A stretch of 62,868 bases of DNA from an uncultured Bacillales bacterium (GTDB lineage: Bacteria; Bacillota_I; Bacilli_A; RF39; UBA660). A program made the position numbers and the translations under genes. Where the stretch lies: contig CAMOSQ010000005.1 in the NCBI GenBank assembly GCA_946624985.1, forward strand, positions 1 to 62,868. The letters run 5' to 3'. Of the stretch, positions 29,541-39,980 are shown in pieces; the stretch's first letter is position 1, and the number at the start of each line of letters is the position of its first letter. The notes beneath the pieces were generated by a model. The model was given only the letters and a program-made list of their open reading frames with translations. It searched no databases and had not been told where the DNA came from.

Positions 29541-29819
29541 ATGAGTACAAGTCTTTATAATAATAAAAATGAAAGAACTGCTTTTAAATATGCAGGTAAT
29601 CAATATAAAATTGACAGTTCTTATGAAGAAGTTTATATATTTTATCAAATATGTATTGAAAATTATGAATTATTTAAAAATAATCTTCTAATAAATGAAA
29701 TTAATATGATTAATGTTACAAGTGGTAAGTATGAAGTTGAAACAAATAAATTTAAAAAATTTCATATTAATTTAAAATTCTGTAAGGATTTGTTTCTGAA
29801 CCATCACCCGTTAAGCTGA
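29541..29819 (+). pseudogene. Probable fragment of a second Rpn-like gene
   Basis: YAGNQYKIDSSYEE..YQICIENY..KKFHINL resembles the middle of the neighbouring Rpn; no RBS; runs into the pilin 3' end. Confidence 0.4.
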
Positions 29820-31134
29820 TATCTGATTTAAGATAGAAAACCGGACGGATCCCACCAGGGTTGCTTGCACCATTACCATAATTAAAAAAGCCATCCGCAT
29901 TAACATACCACATACAGTATAAATTGTAAGTACTAGCAGAAATAGTCCATTCAAGAATTGCTTTAGGGAGCCAATTATATGTTCTATTACTACATGGCCA
30001 ATTATCATACCCCGCAATATGCTGTGAACCATCATAATAATAATTAGTATTATAATAAAAATTAGAATACACACTTGTACATTGTGGATTTATTGATGTT
30101 TCTATATAATCTGTAATATTCATTAAAGCAATTTTTCCATTCCAAGTATATATTCCTTCTTCCATTTTTTCTTTTTCTAATCCCTTATCTCCACCCGTAT
30201 ATGTTGAATAATAACGAATTCCACCTACATTAAAAACATGATTATCAATATACTTAGACATTTCTTTATCTGCTATCCATGTATTATTTAAATATTGATT
30301 TAGTGTAGAGTCTACTGTAACAGTTCCTCTAGTTGATATTTGTGATAATTCTGTACTAGTACTATCAGCATAATACTTATAACTAAATGTATCTCCTAGT
30401 AGCGAACCATTATAAAAAGTATTACTTAAATTTCCCCATACATTACATCCTAAATATGTTCCTGAATAATTACAATAAGTATTATCAGTATTATGTCTTG
30501 GTCCAGTTGTTGTATCATCCGGATCATTTTCATCAAACGCTAATCGCCCAATACTTGTATCTCTTATTACTTTTATTGTCCCATCAGATTCAAATGACAT
30601 TATTCTATATGTTATGTTATTAGGAGACAATGCTGTTCCTTCATTTAAAATTATATAATTATTTGGATTTCCTCCTCTATATATTAGTCTTCCCGATTCT
30701 ATTTCCGATTCAGAAAGTCCATCCTCTGCTGTTACTATAGGTACTTCTATATTATTTCGTACAAATTAGTTATTTGTACACTCATTCACTATTTCATATT
30801 CAAAATTATTATTTTTATACACTAATTTTACTTTTTTTGAAATATCAAGATTATTCAAATTTTCATCCTTAATTTTTTCATTTAGATAATTTTTTTCTAC
30901 AAGAATATTTAAATCTATACAATATGTATTTCCATTTATTTCGTCATAATCATTTATATTATCATCAACATAATCCTTTGCAGCATCAATTATTAATAAC
31001 CTAGTAGATTCATTTATTTCTTGTTTTGATTTTTTAATTTGATTTAAAACTGGTGGAAATACTACTAATACTAATATTCCTAAAATAATTATTACTCCCA
31101 ATAATTCTATAAGTGTAAATGCTTTACTCTTCAT
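29767..31134 (-). pseudogene. Type IV prepilin-like protein with C-terminal GIRPVFYL domain, split by one in-frame TAA
   Basis: MKSKA|FTLIELLGV signal; TAA at 30766-30768, then the same frame continues FVRNNIEVPIVTAEDGL..GRLIYRGGNPNNYI into ORF 29767..30630. Confidence 0.85.
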
Positions 31135-31145
31135 ATTAACCCTTT

Positions 31146-31670
31146 CTAACTTAATAATATATCACTTATTAAATTAAATAATTGAACAAGTGTATCTACT
31201 ATTAAATAAAAATAATCTTTAAAAATATTTGTTTTAGATTTTTTATTATCAATTTTTAATATTATAGAATTATGATCCTTTATTTCCTCTACAGAATTAC
31301 TATATCTTTTATATTTTTTTATTAATTCTTCTTTTAATTCATTATCTTTTATATTATATATATATAACATATCTTTATTTATATATACACTATCCTTTAT
31401 AAATGTTTTTAAATATTTTTCTATTTCCTCAACATTACAAATTATAAAATCAACTTTTTTCTTTTTAAAAACTTTTCTTATTTTTTTCACTCTTATTTTT
31501 TTTAATTTTCGACCATCTTTTTGCTTTTTATTTTTTTGACTTACATATGAATTCAACAAATTACAATTTAAAACCAAATTATTTTGTTCTAATATCTTAG
31601 AAATATTTTCATCAACACCTATTCCAAGAACATTACCACTCACACATTTTGTTATATCATATATTTTCAT
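31146..31670 (-). CDS. Hypothetical protein
   Basis: 174-aa ORF translationally coupled to tcdA. Confidence 0.7.
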   Translation of the reverse strand: MKIYDITKCVSGNVLGIGVDENISKILEQNNLVLNCNLLNSYVSQKNKKQKDGRKLKKIRVKKIRKVFKKKKVDFIICNVEEIEKYLKTFIKDSVYINKDMLYIYNIKDNELKEELIKKYKRYSNSVEEIKDHNSIILKIDNKKSKTNIFKDYFYLIVDTLVQLFNLISDILLS

Positions 31671-32353
31671 ATTTCACCTACTATATCATTTATTACATAG
31701 CTTGTCATAAGTAACCCTGCAGTAGCAGGTACAAATGAATTTGATCCAATCACAGTAGAATTAGTCTTCCGAGGTTTCTCAGTAGACGCAACTACCATTA
31801 TTTTTTTACTAATTCTTTCTTCTTTTACAAATTTTCTAAGTATTCTAGCAATCGGATCATACTCAGTTTTATCTAAAGTAGTAATCTTTAAAAGTTGTGG
31901 ATTCATTTTATTTCCAGTACCTGTACATGTTATAGATTTAATATTACCTGCAGTACAAATCTTTATAACTTGCTTCTTTATATCCATAGTATCACAAGCA
32001 TCTATTACATAATCATATTCCCTAAAATTAATTTCACTTATATTTTCTTTTGTAAGTATTTTTGTTATCTTTTTAATTTTTATATTTGGATTTATTTCTT
32101 TAGCTCTAGACTCTGCTACATCCGTTTTATTTTTATTTAACGTTGATGTTAAAGATAATAACTGCCTATTCAAATTAGACTCTTCAAACGAATCTCCATC
32201 AACTATTGTAATATTTTCAATTCCACTTCTTACTAAAGACTCAAAAGTATATCCTCCTACCCCTCCAAGTCCAATTAAAAGTATATTTTTATTTTTAATA
32301 TTATCTATTTTATCTTTACCTGTAATAAGTTCTAGCCTACTTAGATTTTGCAT
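31667..32353 (-). CDS. tcdA: tRNA threonylcarbamoyladenosine dehydratase (ThiF family)
   Basis: IGLGGVGG, ESNLNRQ, DACD, GTGNKMNP, DPIARILR, SFVPATAGL. Confidence 0.88.
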   Translation of the reverse strand: MQNLSRLELITGKDKIDNIKNKNILLIGLGGVGGYTFESLVRSGIENITIVDGDSFEESNLNRQLLSLTSTLNKNKTDVAESRAKEINPNIKIKKITKILTKENISEINFREYDYVIDACDTMDIKKQVIKICTAGNIKSITCTGTGNKMNPQLLKITTLDKTEYDPIARILRKFVKEERISKKIMVVASTEKPRKTNSTVIGSNSFVPATAGLLMTSYVINDIVGEI

Positions 32354-32439
32354 ATTATCACCTATAGTAATTTTATCAAAAATAAGTTTTTTTTACAATA
32401 TAAAAAGTAGACTCTATGAATATTGTCCACTTTAAAACT

Positions 32440-32616
32440 TTACTCGCTACTATAAATAACCATTGCAGAAAAACAATAAATTTGTTCCTCACCTGAAATA
32501 CTTAATGCTACCTGATATTTAATATCAATTATATCACCATCAAGAGTAGCCAAAAACTTATTTACCGATGCTTCTAAATCTAATTCATGTGCTTCATCAA
32601 AAAGTTTTACCTTCAT
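32440..32616 (-). CDS. cse60: Sporulation protein Cse60-like (58 aa, not in the ORF track)
   Basis: MKVKLFDEAHELDLEASVNKFL..IIDIKYQVA..EQIYCFSAMVIY; GGTG RBS. Confidence 0.8.
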   Translation of the reverse strand: MKVKLFDEAHELDLEASVNKFLATLDGDIIDIKYQVALSISGEEQIYCFSAMVIYSSE

Positions 32617-32666
32617 AATATCACCAATACAATTATAAATTCTTACAAAATAATTTTTTGTCGATA

Positions 32667-33299
32667 TTAATCCTTTAACTCCCTACGTATTTGCTTATAA
32701 TTTGGAGCATATTTAGATACCTGATTCCAAAATGATTTAGAATGATTAAAATGTATAAAATGAGATAATTCATGAATTATTACATAATCAAGTTTATCAA
32801 TAGAATATTCAATCAGCTTTTCATTCAATGTAACAGAATTATCACGTATATTACATACTCCCCACCTAGTTTTCATACTTCTTATCTTTAACTTAGGATA
32901 TGGAATTTTTTCCAAATATCTATCATAATTATAATCAAGTCTCTCTTGAAACAACTCTTTAACTCTTTTTTTCAACCACTTATCCAATACCTTTTCATCA
33001 GAAACAAATATCGCATCATCCAAAAACTTAACCCCATCAATTTCATCAATAAACACTTCATATCTATTACCTAAATAATAAAAATAATCTTTCTTTTTAA
33101 TTTGCTTTTTCTGCTGATCAATCATTTTTTTTATAGAATCAACATTATCATCCAAAAGTGTTTTTATATAATGCTTTGAAGCAAATAAACTTGTAGTTAC
33201 ATAAATCTTCAAATCATCCTTAACCCTTAAATAAGTATTCTTATTATTCTTCTTAACAACAACCACTTCATATTCTGTATCATCAATTCTGTACTTCAT
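32667..33299 (-). CDS. YgjP/DUF45 (M48-like) metal-dependent hydrolase
   Basis: IRSMKTRWGVC, DYVIIHELSH, NHSKSFW. Confidence 0.9.
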   Translation of the reverse strand: MKYRIDDTEYEVVVVKKNNKNTYLRVKDDLKIYVTTSLFASKHYIKTLLDDNVDSIKKMIDQQKKQIKKKDYFYYLGNRYEVFIDEIDGVKFLDDAIFVSDEKVLDKWLKKRVKELFQERLDYNYDRYLEKIPYPKLKIRSMKTRWGVCNIRDNSVTLNEKLIEYSIDKLDYVIIHELSHFIHFNHSKSFWNQVSKYAPNYKQIRRELKD

Positions 33300-33308
33300 A
33301 TCTACCTC

Positions 33309-34253
33309 TTACTTATTATCAATATAATATGCATAATATTCATCAAAAGTTATATTTTCATCATGAATTACTTTAGCAGCCTTCTCTCCAACATATCTAA
33401 AATGCCATGATTCATAATCAAACCCTGTAATATTTTCCTTACCACTTGGATATCTTAATATAAACCCGTACTTAAATGAATTATCCTGTAACCATTTAAA
33501 CTCATCAGTTTTATCAAAATCAGTTGTCATTACCCCCATCGTTAATATATCAAATGCATAACCAGTTTGATGCTCAGAATATCCAGGAAAAGCAGCATAC
33601 GTATCAACCTTATCCTTCTTAATCTTTTCATATTCATCATATGTTTCCTTCTGCTCATTATAACTTCTATATCCAGAAGAAAGAATTAAATTAATTCCAT
33701 CAGCCTTAGCAGCATTATACATTTTTTTATAATATTCAAGCGCCTTTTCAGTAGTCTTTACATCACTATATGCATAGGTTAAAGGTGCATTAATAACACC
33801 ATCAGGAACAAAAGATTCATCCAAATAATTATACTTATTAACAAGCATCAATTCATTTAATTCAATATTAGTTTTTAAAGTATCAGTATAAAAATCATTA
33901 ATTCTATTAACATTTACTAAACTAATAACTTCGTCAATCTTTTTATCACTATGATTTTTTTTATAATCAACATACTTCTCCAAATTTTTAGAAATATAAT
34001 ACTTTCCATTCATAAAATTAATTAATTCAGCATCATACTCATTATTTAAAATATAATTTATATTATCAGTTGTATCTTTTTCTATTATCCTTATTTCATC
34101 AATTGTATAACCAATTTTCTTTAGCTTATATTCATCTGTCTTATGATACTTCATAACACCAATAATTTTAATAATAACAAAAACTAATAAAATTAATACC
34201 AATAAAATAATTCCTTTTTTTATAACTGATTTTTTTAATCTTCTCTTCTTCAT
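33309..34253 (-). CDS. M15B (VanY/LdcB-like) carboxypeptidase
   Basis: N-terminal anchor, LVNK, SGYRS, PGYSEHQTG, YESWHFRYVG. Confidence 0.92.
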   Translation of the reverse strand: MKKRRLKKSVIKKGIILLVLILLVFVIIKIIGVMKYHKTDEYKLKKIGYTIDEIRIIEKDTTDNINYILNNEYDAELINFMNGKYYISKNLEKYVDYKKNHSDKKIDEVISLVNVNRINDFYTDTLKTNIELNELMLVNKYNYLDESFVPDGVINAPLTYAYSDVKTTEKALEYYKKMYNAAKADGINLILSSGYRSYNEQKETYDEYEKIKKDKVDTYAAFPGYSEHQTGYAFDILTMGVMTTDFDKTDEFKWLQDNSFKYGFILRYPSGKENITGFDYESWHFRYVGEKAAKVIHDENITFDEYYAYYIDNK

Positions 34254-34365
34254 AACTTTCCTACCTTCATAAACATTATATCACTTAACACTATTTATGT
34301 AAATTAGAGATATTATTAATTGATAAAGCAAAATATTATTGATATAATATATTCTAGGAGGAATT

Positions 34366-35397
34366 ATGGAAAAGAAAAAAATTTATTTTATAATATCATC
34401 AATTTTATGCATATTTCTATCAGCACTATCTATAATTGGAGCAGACTCATCTAGAGAAGCAATGCTTAATACCGTATCTAATATTCCAGGAGAACTTGGA
34501 GAAAGAATGGCTACAGTATATAATAATAATATGATATTTATTATTCCGGCAATAATATGTATACTATTAAGCGGCATCATATTAATAATTATTTTTAACG
34601 ATAAACTAAATTCCAAAAAAAACACAATACTAGGATTAAGTATAGCAATTTTTATTTCATCATCAAATACATTTATAGCCTTACTATCGATTATTAATAT
34701 TATAATTGCTGCCAACATTAAATCAGAAAAAACAAAAAAAGAAAAAAAAGAAATACCACAACTCAAAAGATATGAAGCAGGTACATTTGGAATTATAGGC
34801 GCAATAGTATGTTTCATAATATATTTTTCACAAACACTCATACCAGATTTTGATAGCTATATAATATCAATTATAAAATATATAATAGTTCTTGGATTAA
34901 TAATTTTTATATTTAAAGATAATCTTAAAAGAGATGTAAAAACATTTAAAGAAAACTACAAAGAATATATAAACTTTGTACTACCAAGAATACTAATTAT
35001 GTATTTAATATATTTCATATTTAGTTTTATAACAGTTTTTATAAATAAAAATATGCCTGTTAATCAACAACAAATTGAAGCATTACCAATATGGTATACA
35101 TTTCCTTTAGCAGCATTACTAGCTCCAATAGTAGAAGAAATATTATTTAGAGGTTGCATTAGAAGATTCATAAAAAATGATACACTATTTATAGTAGTTT
35201 CTGGATTCCTATTTGGAATACTACACACAATCAGTGAAGGAAGCATATCAGGAGCACTTATTATGGCAATACCATATTCAATCCTAGGAGCAGGATTTGC
35301 ATACATATATGCTAAAACAAATAACATAACAAATAATATACTATGCCATTCAATACATAATACAATTGTTATGCTACTACAAATCATACTATTTTAA
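34366..35397 (+). CDS. CPBP (CAAX/Abi) intramembrane protease
   Basis: APIVEEILFRG, LFGILH, HSIHN. Confidence 0.9.
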   Translation: MEKKKIYFIISSILCIFLSALSIIGADSSREAMLNTVSNIPGELGERMATVYNNNMIFIIPAIICILLSGIILIIIFNDKLNSKKNTILGLSIAIFISSSNTFIALLSIINIIIAANIKSEKTKKEKKEIPQLKRYEAGTFGIIGAIVCFIIYFSQTLIPDFDSYIISIIKYIIVLGLIIFIFKDNLKRDVKTFKENYKEYINFVLPRILIMYLIYFIFSFITVFINKNMPVNQQQIEALPIWYTFPLAALLAPIVEEILFRGCIRRFIKNDTLFIVVSGFLFGILHTISEGSISGALIMAIPYSILGAGFAYIYAKTNNITNNILCHSIHNTIVMLLQIILF

Positions 35398-35425
35398 AAA
35401 TAGACTTTTATAGTCTATTTTTTTT
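35396..35425. terminator. Bidirectional terminator
   Basis: AAAAATAGACT-TTTAT-AGTCTATTTTT between convergent genes. Confidence 0.7.
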
Positions 35426-36644
35426 CAAATTTTTTTGCCAATACTTTACCCGGATAACTTCTATTATTCTGTAAGTCAGAAATACTCATTTCATTATGAA
35501 AATTATATATTATTTTAGCAAGATACAAAGAGCAATCAACAATATGTAACCATGGTTCATCTAAATATTGTTTATCTATATAACTTAAATTAGTTGTATA
35601 AATTCCATCAAACATTCCTTTATCATATAACTCTTTAAACCTATCTATTCCCTTAGTAAATAAAGAATAAGTAACAAATATATAAATATGCTTTATTCCA
35701 CGTTTTCTTAATTCCTCAATTACATCAAACATTGAACCACCAGAAGAAATCATATCATCAACAACAATTGCTGTCTTACCTTGTATATTATCACTTCCAG
35801 TATATGAATGTTCAATCACTGGATTCTTTCCATCCTTTACAGTATTATAATCTCTTCTCTTATAAAAAATACCTGCATCCTTTAAAATGTGAGGACTACT
35901 AAAAGCATTTAAATAAAAATTCATTCTTCCAGTTGCTCCAAAATCAGGCGCTACAAATAAAACATCTTTTAATTGATCCAAAGGAGCATCATTTATAAAC
36001 TGCTCCAACAATTGATTAGTAGCATAAAAATTATCAAACTCAGTATCACGAAGAGCTTGTTGAACTCCCTCATCATGTGCATCAAAAGTAATAATTCTTT
36101 TTACATGCTGATCAGAATCCAATTCACCCAAATATGTAGCACAACTCAAAGGTTCTCTATTAATTCTTCTATGTTGTCTTCCAGCAAATAACAAAGGCAT
36201 TATAACAGATAAACCACTTGTATGACACTTACACGCACCGATTGCATCCTTTAACTGTTGGGCCAAATCATTAGGTGAAGTATGATTAATCATACCATGC
36301 ATCTCATATTCAATCGAATAATTACCAACATCTTGAAAAATAAATACATCCTTATCTCTTACAGTTTCTTGTAAAACAACCTTTCCATGTCCATCACTAA
36401 ACCATGGCTCTTTTACAGGAACAATAAAAGATCTATCACACATAAACATTTTCTTCAAATGAGAATCAACTTTCAATCCTAGATCTTTAGAACTCTCTAA
36501 CACAATTAGTTTTAACTTATCAGGATTCAATTTAATTCTCTTTAATTCAGCAATCTCAAGTTGTTGTTTCAAAATCAATCTATCAGAATTTTGAATTTGC
36601 CTTTTCAAACTTTGTAATTCCTTAATTATTTCTTCTTTTTCCAA
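35415..36644 (-). CDS. prs: Ribose-phosphate pyrophosphokinase with N-terminal coiled-coil extension
   Basis: FSDG, RQHR, TFDAH, VAPDFG, VDDMISSGGS. Confidence 0.9.
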   Translation of the reverse strand: MEKEEIIKELQSLKRQIQNSDRLILKQQLEIAELKRIKLNPDKLKLIVLESSKDLGLKVDSHLKKMFMCDRSFIVPVKEPWFSDGHGKVVLQETVRDKDVFIFQDVGNYSIEYEMHGMINHTSPNDLAQQLKDAIGACKCHTSGLSVIMPLLFAGRQHRRINREPLSCATYLGELDSDQHVKRIITFDAHDEGVQQALRDTEFDNFYATNQLLEQFINDAPLDQLKDVLFVAPDFGATGRMNFYLNAFSSPHILKDAGIFYKRRDYNTVKDGKNPVIEHSYTGSDNIQGKTAIVVDDMISSGGSMFDVIEELRKRGIKHIYIFVTYSLFTKGIDRFKELYDKGMFDGIYTTNLSYIDKQYLDEPWLHIVDCSLYLAKIIYNFHNEMSISDLQNNRSYPGKVLAKKFEKK

Positions 36645-36740
36645 CTTACATCATACTCCTATCCTCCAAAATTTTATCAAATTATATATATAAATGTAAA
36701 TAATTTTGAACCAACTTTTAAAATTAAAAATACAGGATTT

Positions 36741-37364
36741 TTATTCCTGTATCTTCCTTATTTGTTCCTCATAATTACCTTTTGTTATAAAACTACCAAC
36801 AACAAAAATATCAGCATTTTTAGCATATCTTTTTGTTATATCATTTATTCCACCATCAACCTCAATTAAATAAGAATAATTATTTAAAGATCTAATCTTC
36901 TTAAGATCATTAATTTTATTAGTTGAATTTTCAATATATGATTGTCCACCAGCGCCAGGTTCAACACTCATTACTAAAACAACATCAACATACTTTAAAA
37001 TATCATTTAAAACACTTACTGGAGTATCAGGTTTAATAGATATACCAGCCTTAATACTAAACTTATGTATATAATTAATAAGTTCAATAGCATCACTAGT
37101 AGCTTCATAGTGAAATGTTATTATATCAGGATTAAGATTAACATATTCATCAATATATTTTTTAACATCCTCTACCATTAGATGTACATCTTTTTTAACA
37201 TTAGCAGTCTTAATAAATTCTATTTGATCATAATCCCAAGTCTTATTAGATACAAACACTCCATCCATAATATCAATATGAAAAAAATCAATATCCATTT
37301 TATCTAATTTTTTAATATTTTCTTCTATATTTTCTTTAATACCTAATATTGATACAGATAACAT
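36741..37364 (-). CDS. rpe: Ribulose-phosphate 3-epimerase
   Basis: HIDIMDG, DVHLMV, MSVEPG, EVDGGI. Confidence 0.95.
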   Translation of the reverse strand: MLSVSILGIKENIEENIKKLDKMDIDFFHIDIMDGVFVSNKTWDYDQIEFIKTANVKKDVHLMVEDVKKYIDEYVNLNPDIITFHYEATSDAIELINYIHKFSIKAGISIKPDTPVSVLNDILKYVDVVLVMSVEPGAGGQSYIENSTNKINDLKKIRSLNNYSYLIEVDGGINDITKRYAKNADIFVVGSFITKGNYEEQIRKIQE

Positions 37365-37367
37365 ACT

Positions 37368-38198
37368 TCACCTCTTTATAAAATTTATATAATTATCATA
37401 TCTACTTTTTAATATATTTCCTTTAGATAATTCATCCTTTACCCTACAATTAAGTTCACTTAAATGCATACAATCCGTATATTCACAATCATGCCTATAA
37501 ACATTAAACTCCTTAAAATTATCCCTTATATCTTCATTTTTCATACCTATAAAATCCAAACTAGAAAAACCAGGAGTATCAGCTATTAAACCATCCAATA
37601 AACTTAAAAGTTCAACATGACGAGTTGTATGCTTACCTCTACCTAAAGCAATAGAAATCTCATCAGTCTTTAAATTTAAACTATTATCTAACCTATTAAG
37701 TAAAGTACTCTTTCCAGCACCACTTTGACCAGTAAAAACAGTTTTTTTACCAGCAAAAATTTTTTTAATTTTTTCAATCTCAGTATTTTTAAATACCCGA
37801 TACCCAATACTTTTATAATAATTTATAATTCTTTTAATATTCTCCAATTCATCTAAAGAAAGCAAATCTATTTTAGTAAAACAAATAATAGGTTCAATAT
37901 TATTATACTCTATAATACAAAGTAATTTATCCAATAAACACGAATCGAAATTAGGATCTTTAACACTAGTAACAATGACAGCCTGATCTATATTAGCAAC
38001 CGCAGGTCTTATTAATTCAGTTTTTCTTTTTAATATATCAATTATATATTTTTTTTCACTATCAAATATACAAATATCACCGACAAGGGGGATTATTTTA
38101 TCTTTTCTAAATCTTCCCCTTGCCTTACATACATAAGTCATACCCTCTGAAAATATTGTATAATCATTGCTTATATTCTTTATAATTATTCCTTGCAT
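37368..38198 (-). CDS. rsgA: Ribosome small subunit-dependent GTPase A
   Basis: TKID, GQSGAGKST, GKHTT, DTPGF, Cys cluster; start MQGIIIK avoids overlap with pknB. Confidence 0.95.
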   Translation of the reverse strand: MQGIIIKNISNDYTIFSEGMTYVCKARGRFRKDKIIPLVGDICIFDSEKKYIIDILKRKTELIRPAVANIDQAVIVTSVKDPNFDSCLLDKLLCIIEYNNIEPIICFTKIDLLSLDELENIKRIINYYKSIGYRVFKNTEIEKIKKIFAGKKTVFTGQSGAGKSTLLNRLDNSLNLKTDEISIALGRGKHTTRHVELLSLLDGLIADTPGFSSLDFIGMKNEDIRDNFKEFNVYRHDCEYTDCMHLSELNCRVKDELSKGNILKSRYDNYINFIKR

Positions 38199-38199
38199 A

Positions 38200-39978
38200 T
38201 TATTCTTCACTATCTGTTTGAACATTAGACTCAGTTGTATTTTCCTTTTCAGTTGTTTTTTCTTCTTCTTTTTCAGGTTTAGTAACAGGTTTTTCAACTT
38301 TTTTAGCCTTAGCAATAGTTATCTTTAATGGATAACCTTCCTTGACCCTTGTACCAGCAACATGATCTTGTTTTATTATTGTACCTTCTGGATATGTATC
38401 AGTTTCTTCTTCAACAAATTGAACAGTTACATTATTAGCCTTGCAAAAACTTTCAATCGCTTCCTTAGTCCATTCTTCCTCAACAAAGTTTGGATAATTA
38501 ACTATTAAATTAGGAATTATAAGTGTAACCGAATCTCCACTTACAAGTTTAGAACCAGCAATTGGCCTTTGCTCAAGTATTTGTGATTCCTTAACCTCCT
38601 CACCTTTTTCAGTATCCTTTAATTCAGAATTAACAACCAAACCATATGCTTCAAGTTTTCCTTTTATCTCATAAAAATTTTCCCCAACATAATTTTCCAA
38701 AGTAATTGTATTTTCACCCTTAGATATAACAATTGTTATAACAGTACCTTTTTTTCTCTTAACACCACTTTGAGGATTAGTCTTTATAACATATCCCTCA
38801 GAAATAGTATCACTTTCTTGTTCTTCCTGATCCTCATTTATAGTAAAACCAAGATTCTTTAACTTTTCCTCTGCTTCAGCAACTGTTAAATTAGAAACAT
38901 CTGGAACTACAATTTCCTTTATTTTATTACCTCTTGAAAAAATTATCGCACCAATAATTAAAGCAAAAACAACAATTCCAACAACAATTCCAACTATTAT
39001 AAGAACCTTGTTAAACTTCTTATCATCTTCATTTTCTAATTCATCAAGTTCACTTTTTTCCTCTGGTATTTCCTTAATATTCTTAATTTCCTTTGTATCC
39101 TCTATTTCTTCTGTCTCAGAATAAGGATACACATGTCTTTTCTCATTTACTCTATCCTCATCAAGACAAGTTTCTATATCCCTATACATTTCTTGAACCG
39201 TATTATATCTATTCTTAGGATTTTTAGCACAAGCCTTTAAAATTATATTTTCAATAGATTGGGGAATATTTTCATCAATCTCACAAATACTTGGTATTTG
39301 ATTTTTCATCTGTTTAATAGCAATCTCTACAGCATTTTCTCCTCTAAATGGAAGTTTTCCTGTCAAAAGTTCAAACATTACAATTCCAAGCGAATAAATA
39401 TCACTTTTTAAAGTAGCGCCCTTACCATTAGCCTGTTCAGGTGGAAGATAATGAACAGAACCCATAACAGAATTAGTTTGAGTTAATTCATTACTATTTA
39501 ATGCCATCGCAATACCAAAATCAGTAATCTTAACAATACCATCCTCTTTAATTAAAATATTTTGAGGCTTAATATCCCTATGAATTATATTAGAATCATG
39601 AGCACATGCAATTGCAGAAGTTAATTGACTCATTATATCTATAACTTCAGGAATAGTTAATGAACCACGCTTCTTAATTAAATTCTTAAGTGTTTTTCCC
39701 TCAACATATTCCATAACAATATAATACTTTCCAGCATCCTCACCTACATCATACATTTCAACAATATTAGGATGGCTTAATGAAGAAGCAGCAATAGCTT
39801 CCCTTTGAAATCTTCTTACAAATTTTTCATCATCAGCTAAATCTCCTCTTAAAATTTTAACCGCAACATCCCTATCCAATATCAAATCATGAGCAAGATA
39901 AACATTAGCCATTCCACCTTCACCAATAGCTCTAATAATTTGATATCTATCATTAATTTTTTGACCTCTAACTATCAA
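38200..39978 (-). CDS. pknB: Stk1/PrkC PASTA-domain Ser/Thr kinase
   Basis: GEGGMANVY, HRDIKPQN, DFG, TM segment, PASTA repeats. Confidence 0.96.
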   Translation of the reverse strand: MIVRGQKINDRYQIIRAIGEGGMANVYLAHDLILDRDVAVKILRGDLADDEKFVRRFQREAIAASSLSHPNIVEMYDVGEDAGKYYIVMEYVEGKTLKNLIKKRGSLTIPEVIDIMSQLTSAIACAHDSNIIHRDIKPQNILIKEDGIVKITDFGIAMALNSNELTQTNSVMGSVHYLPPEQANGKGATLKSDIYSLGIVMFELLTGKLPFRGENAVEIAIKQMKNQIPSICEIDENIPQSIENIILKACAKNPKNRYNTVQEMYRDIETCLDEDRVNEKRHVYPYSETEEIEDTKEIKNIKEIPEEKSELDELENEDDKKFNKVLIIVGIVVGIVVFALIIGAIIFSRGNKIKEIVVPDVSNLTVAEAEEKLKNLGFTINEDQEEQESDTISEGYVIKTNPQSGVKRKKGTVITIVISKGENTITLENYVGENFYEIKGKLEAYGLVVNSELKDTEKGEEVKESQILEQRPIAGSKLVSGDSVTLIIPNLIVNYPNFVEEEWTKEAIESFCKANNVTVQFVEEETDTYPEGTIIKQDHVAGTRVKEGYPLKITIAKAKKVEKPVTKPEKEEEKTTEKENTTESNVQTDSEE

Positions 39979-39980
39979 CT

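Noticed and set aside
29811-30074. Alternative-frame ORF inside pilin 2
   Set aside because: Out-of-frame overlap with a well-supported coding frame, no RBS
26530-31140. DGR reverse transcriptase or template repeat within the window
   Set aside because: No RT-like ORF and no AAC-rich near-copy of either pilin 3' end was seen; the two ends are too different to be template and target of each other
38199-38315. N-terminal extension of RsgA in the ORF track
   Set aside because: Overlaps the pknB 3' end; MQGIIIK is the natural start
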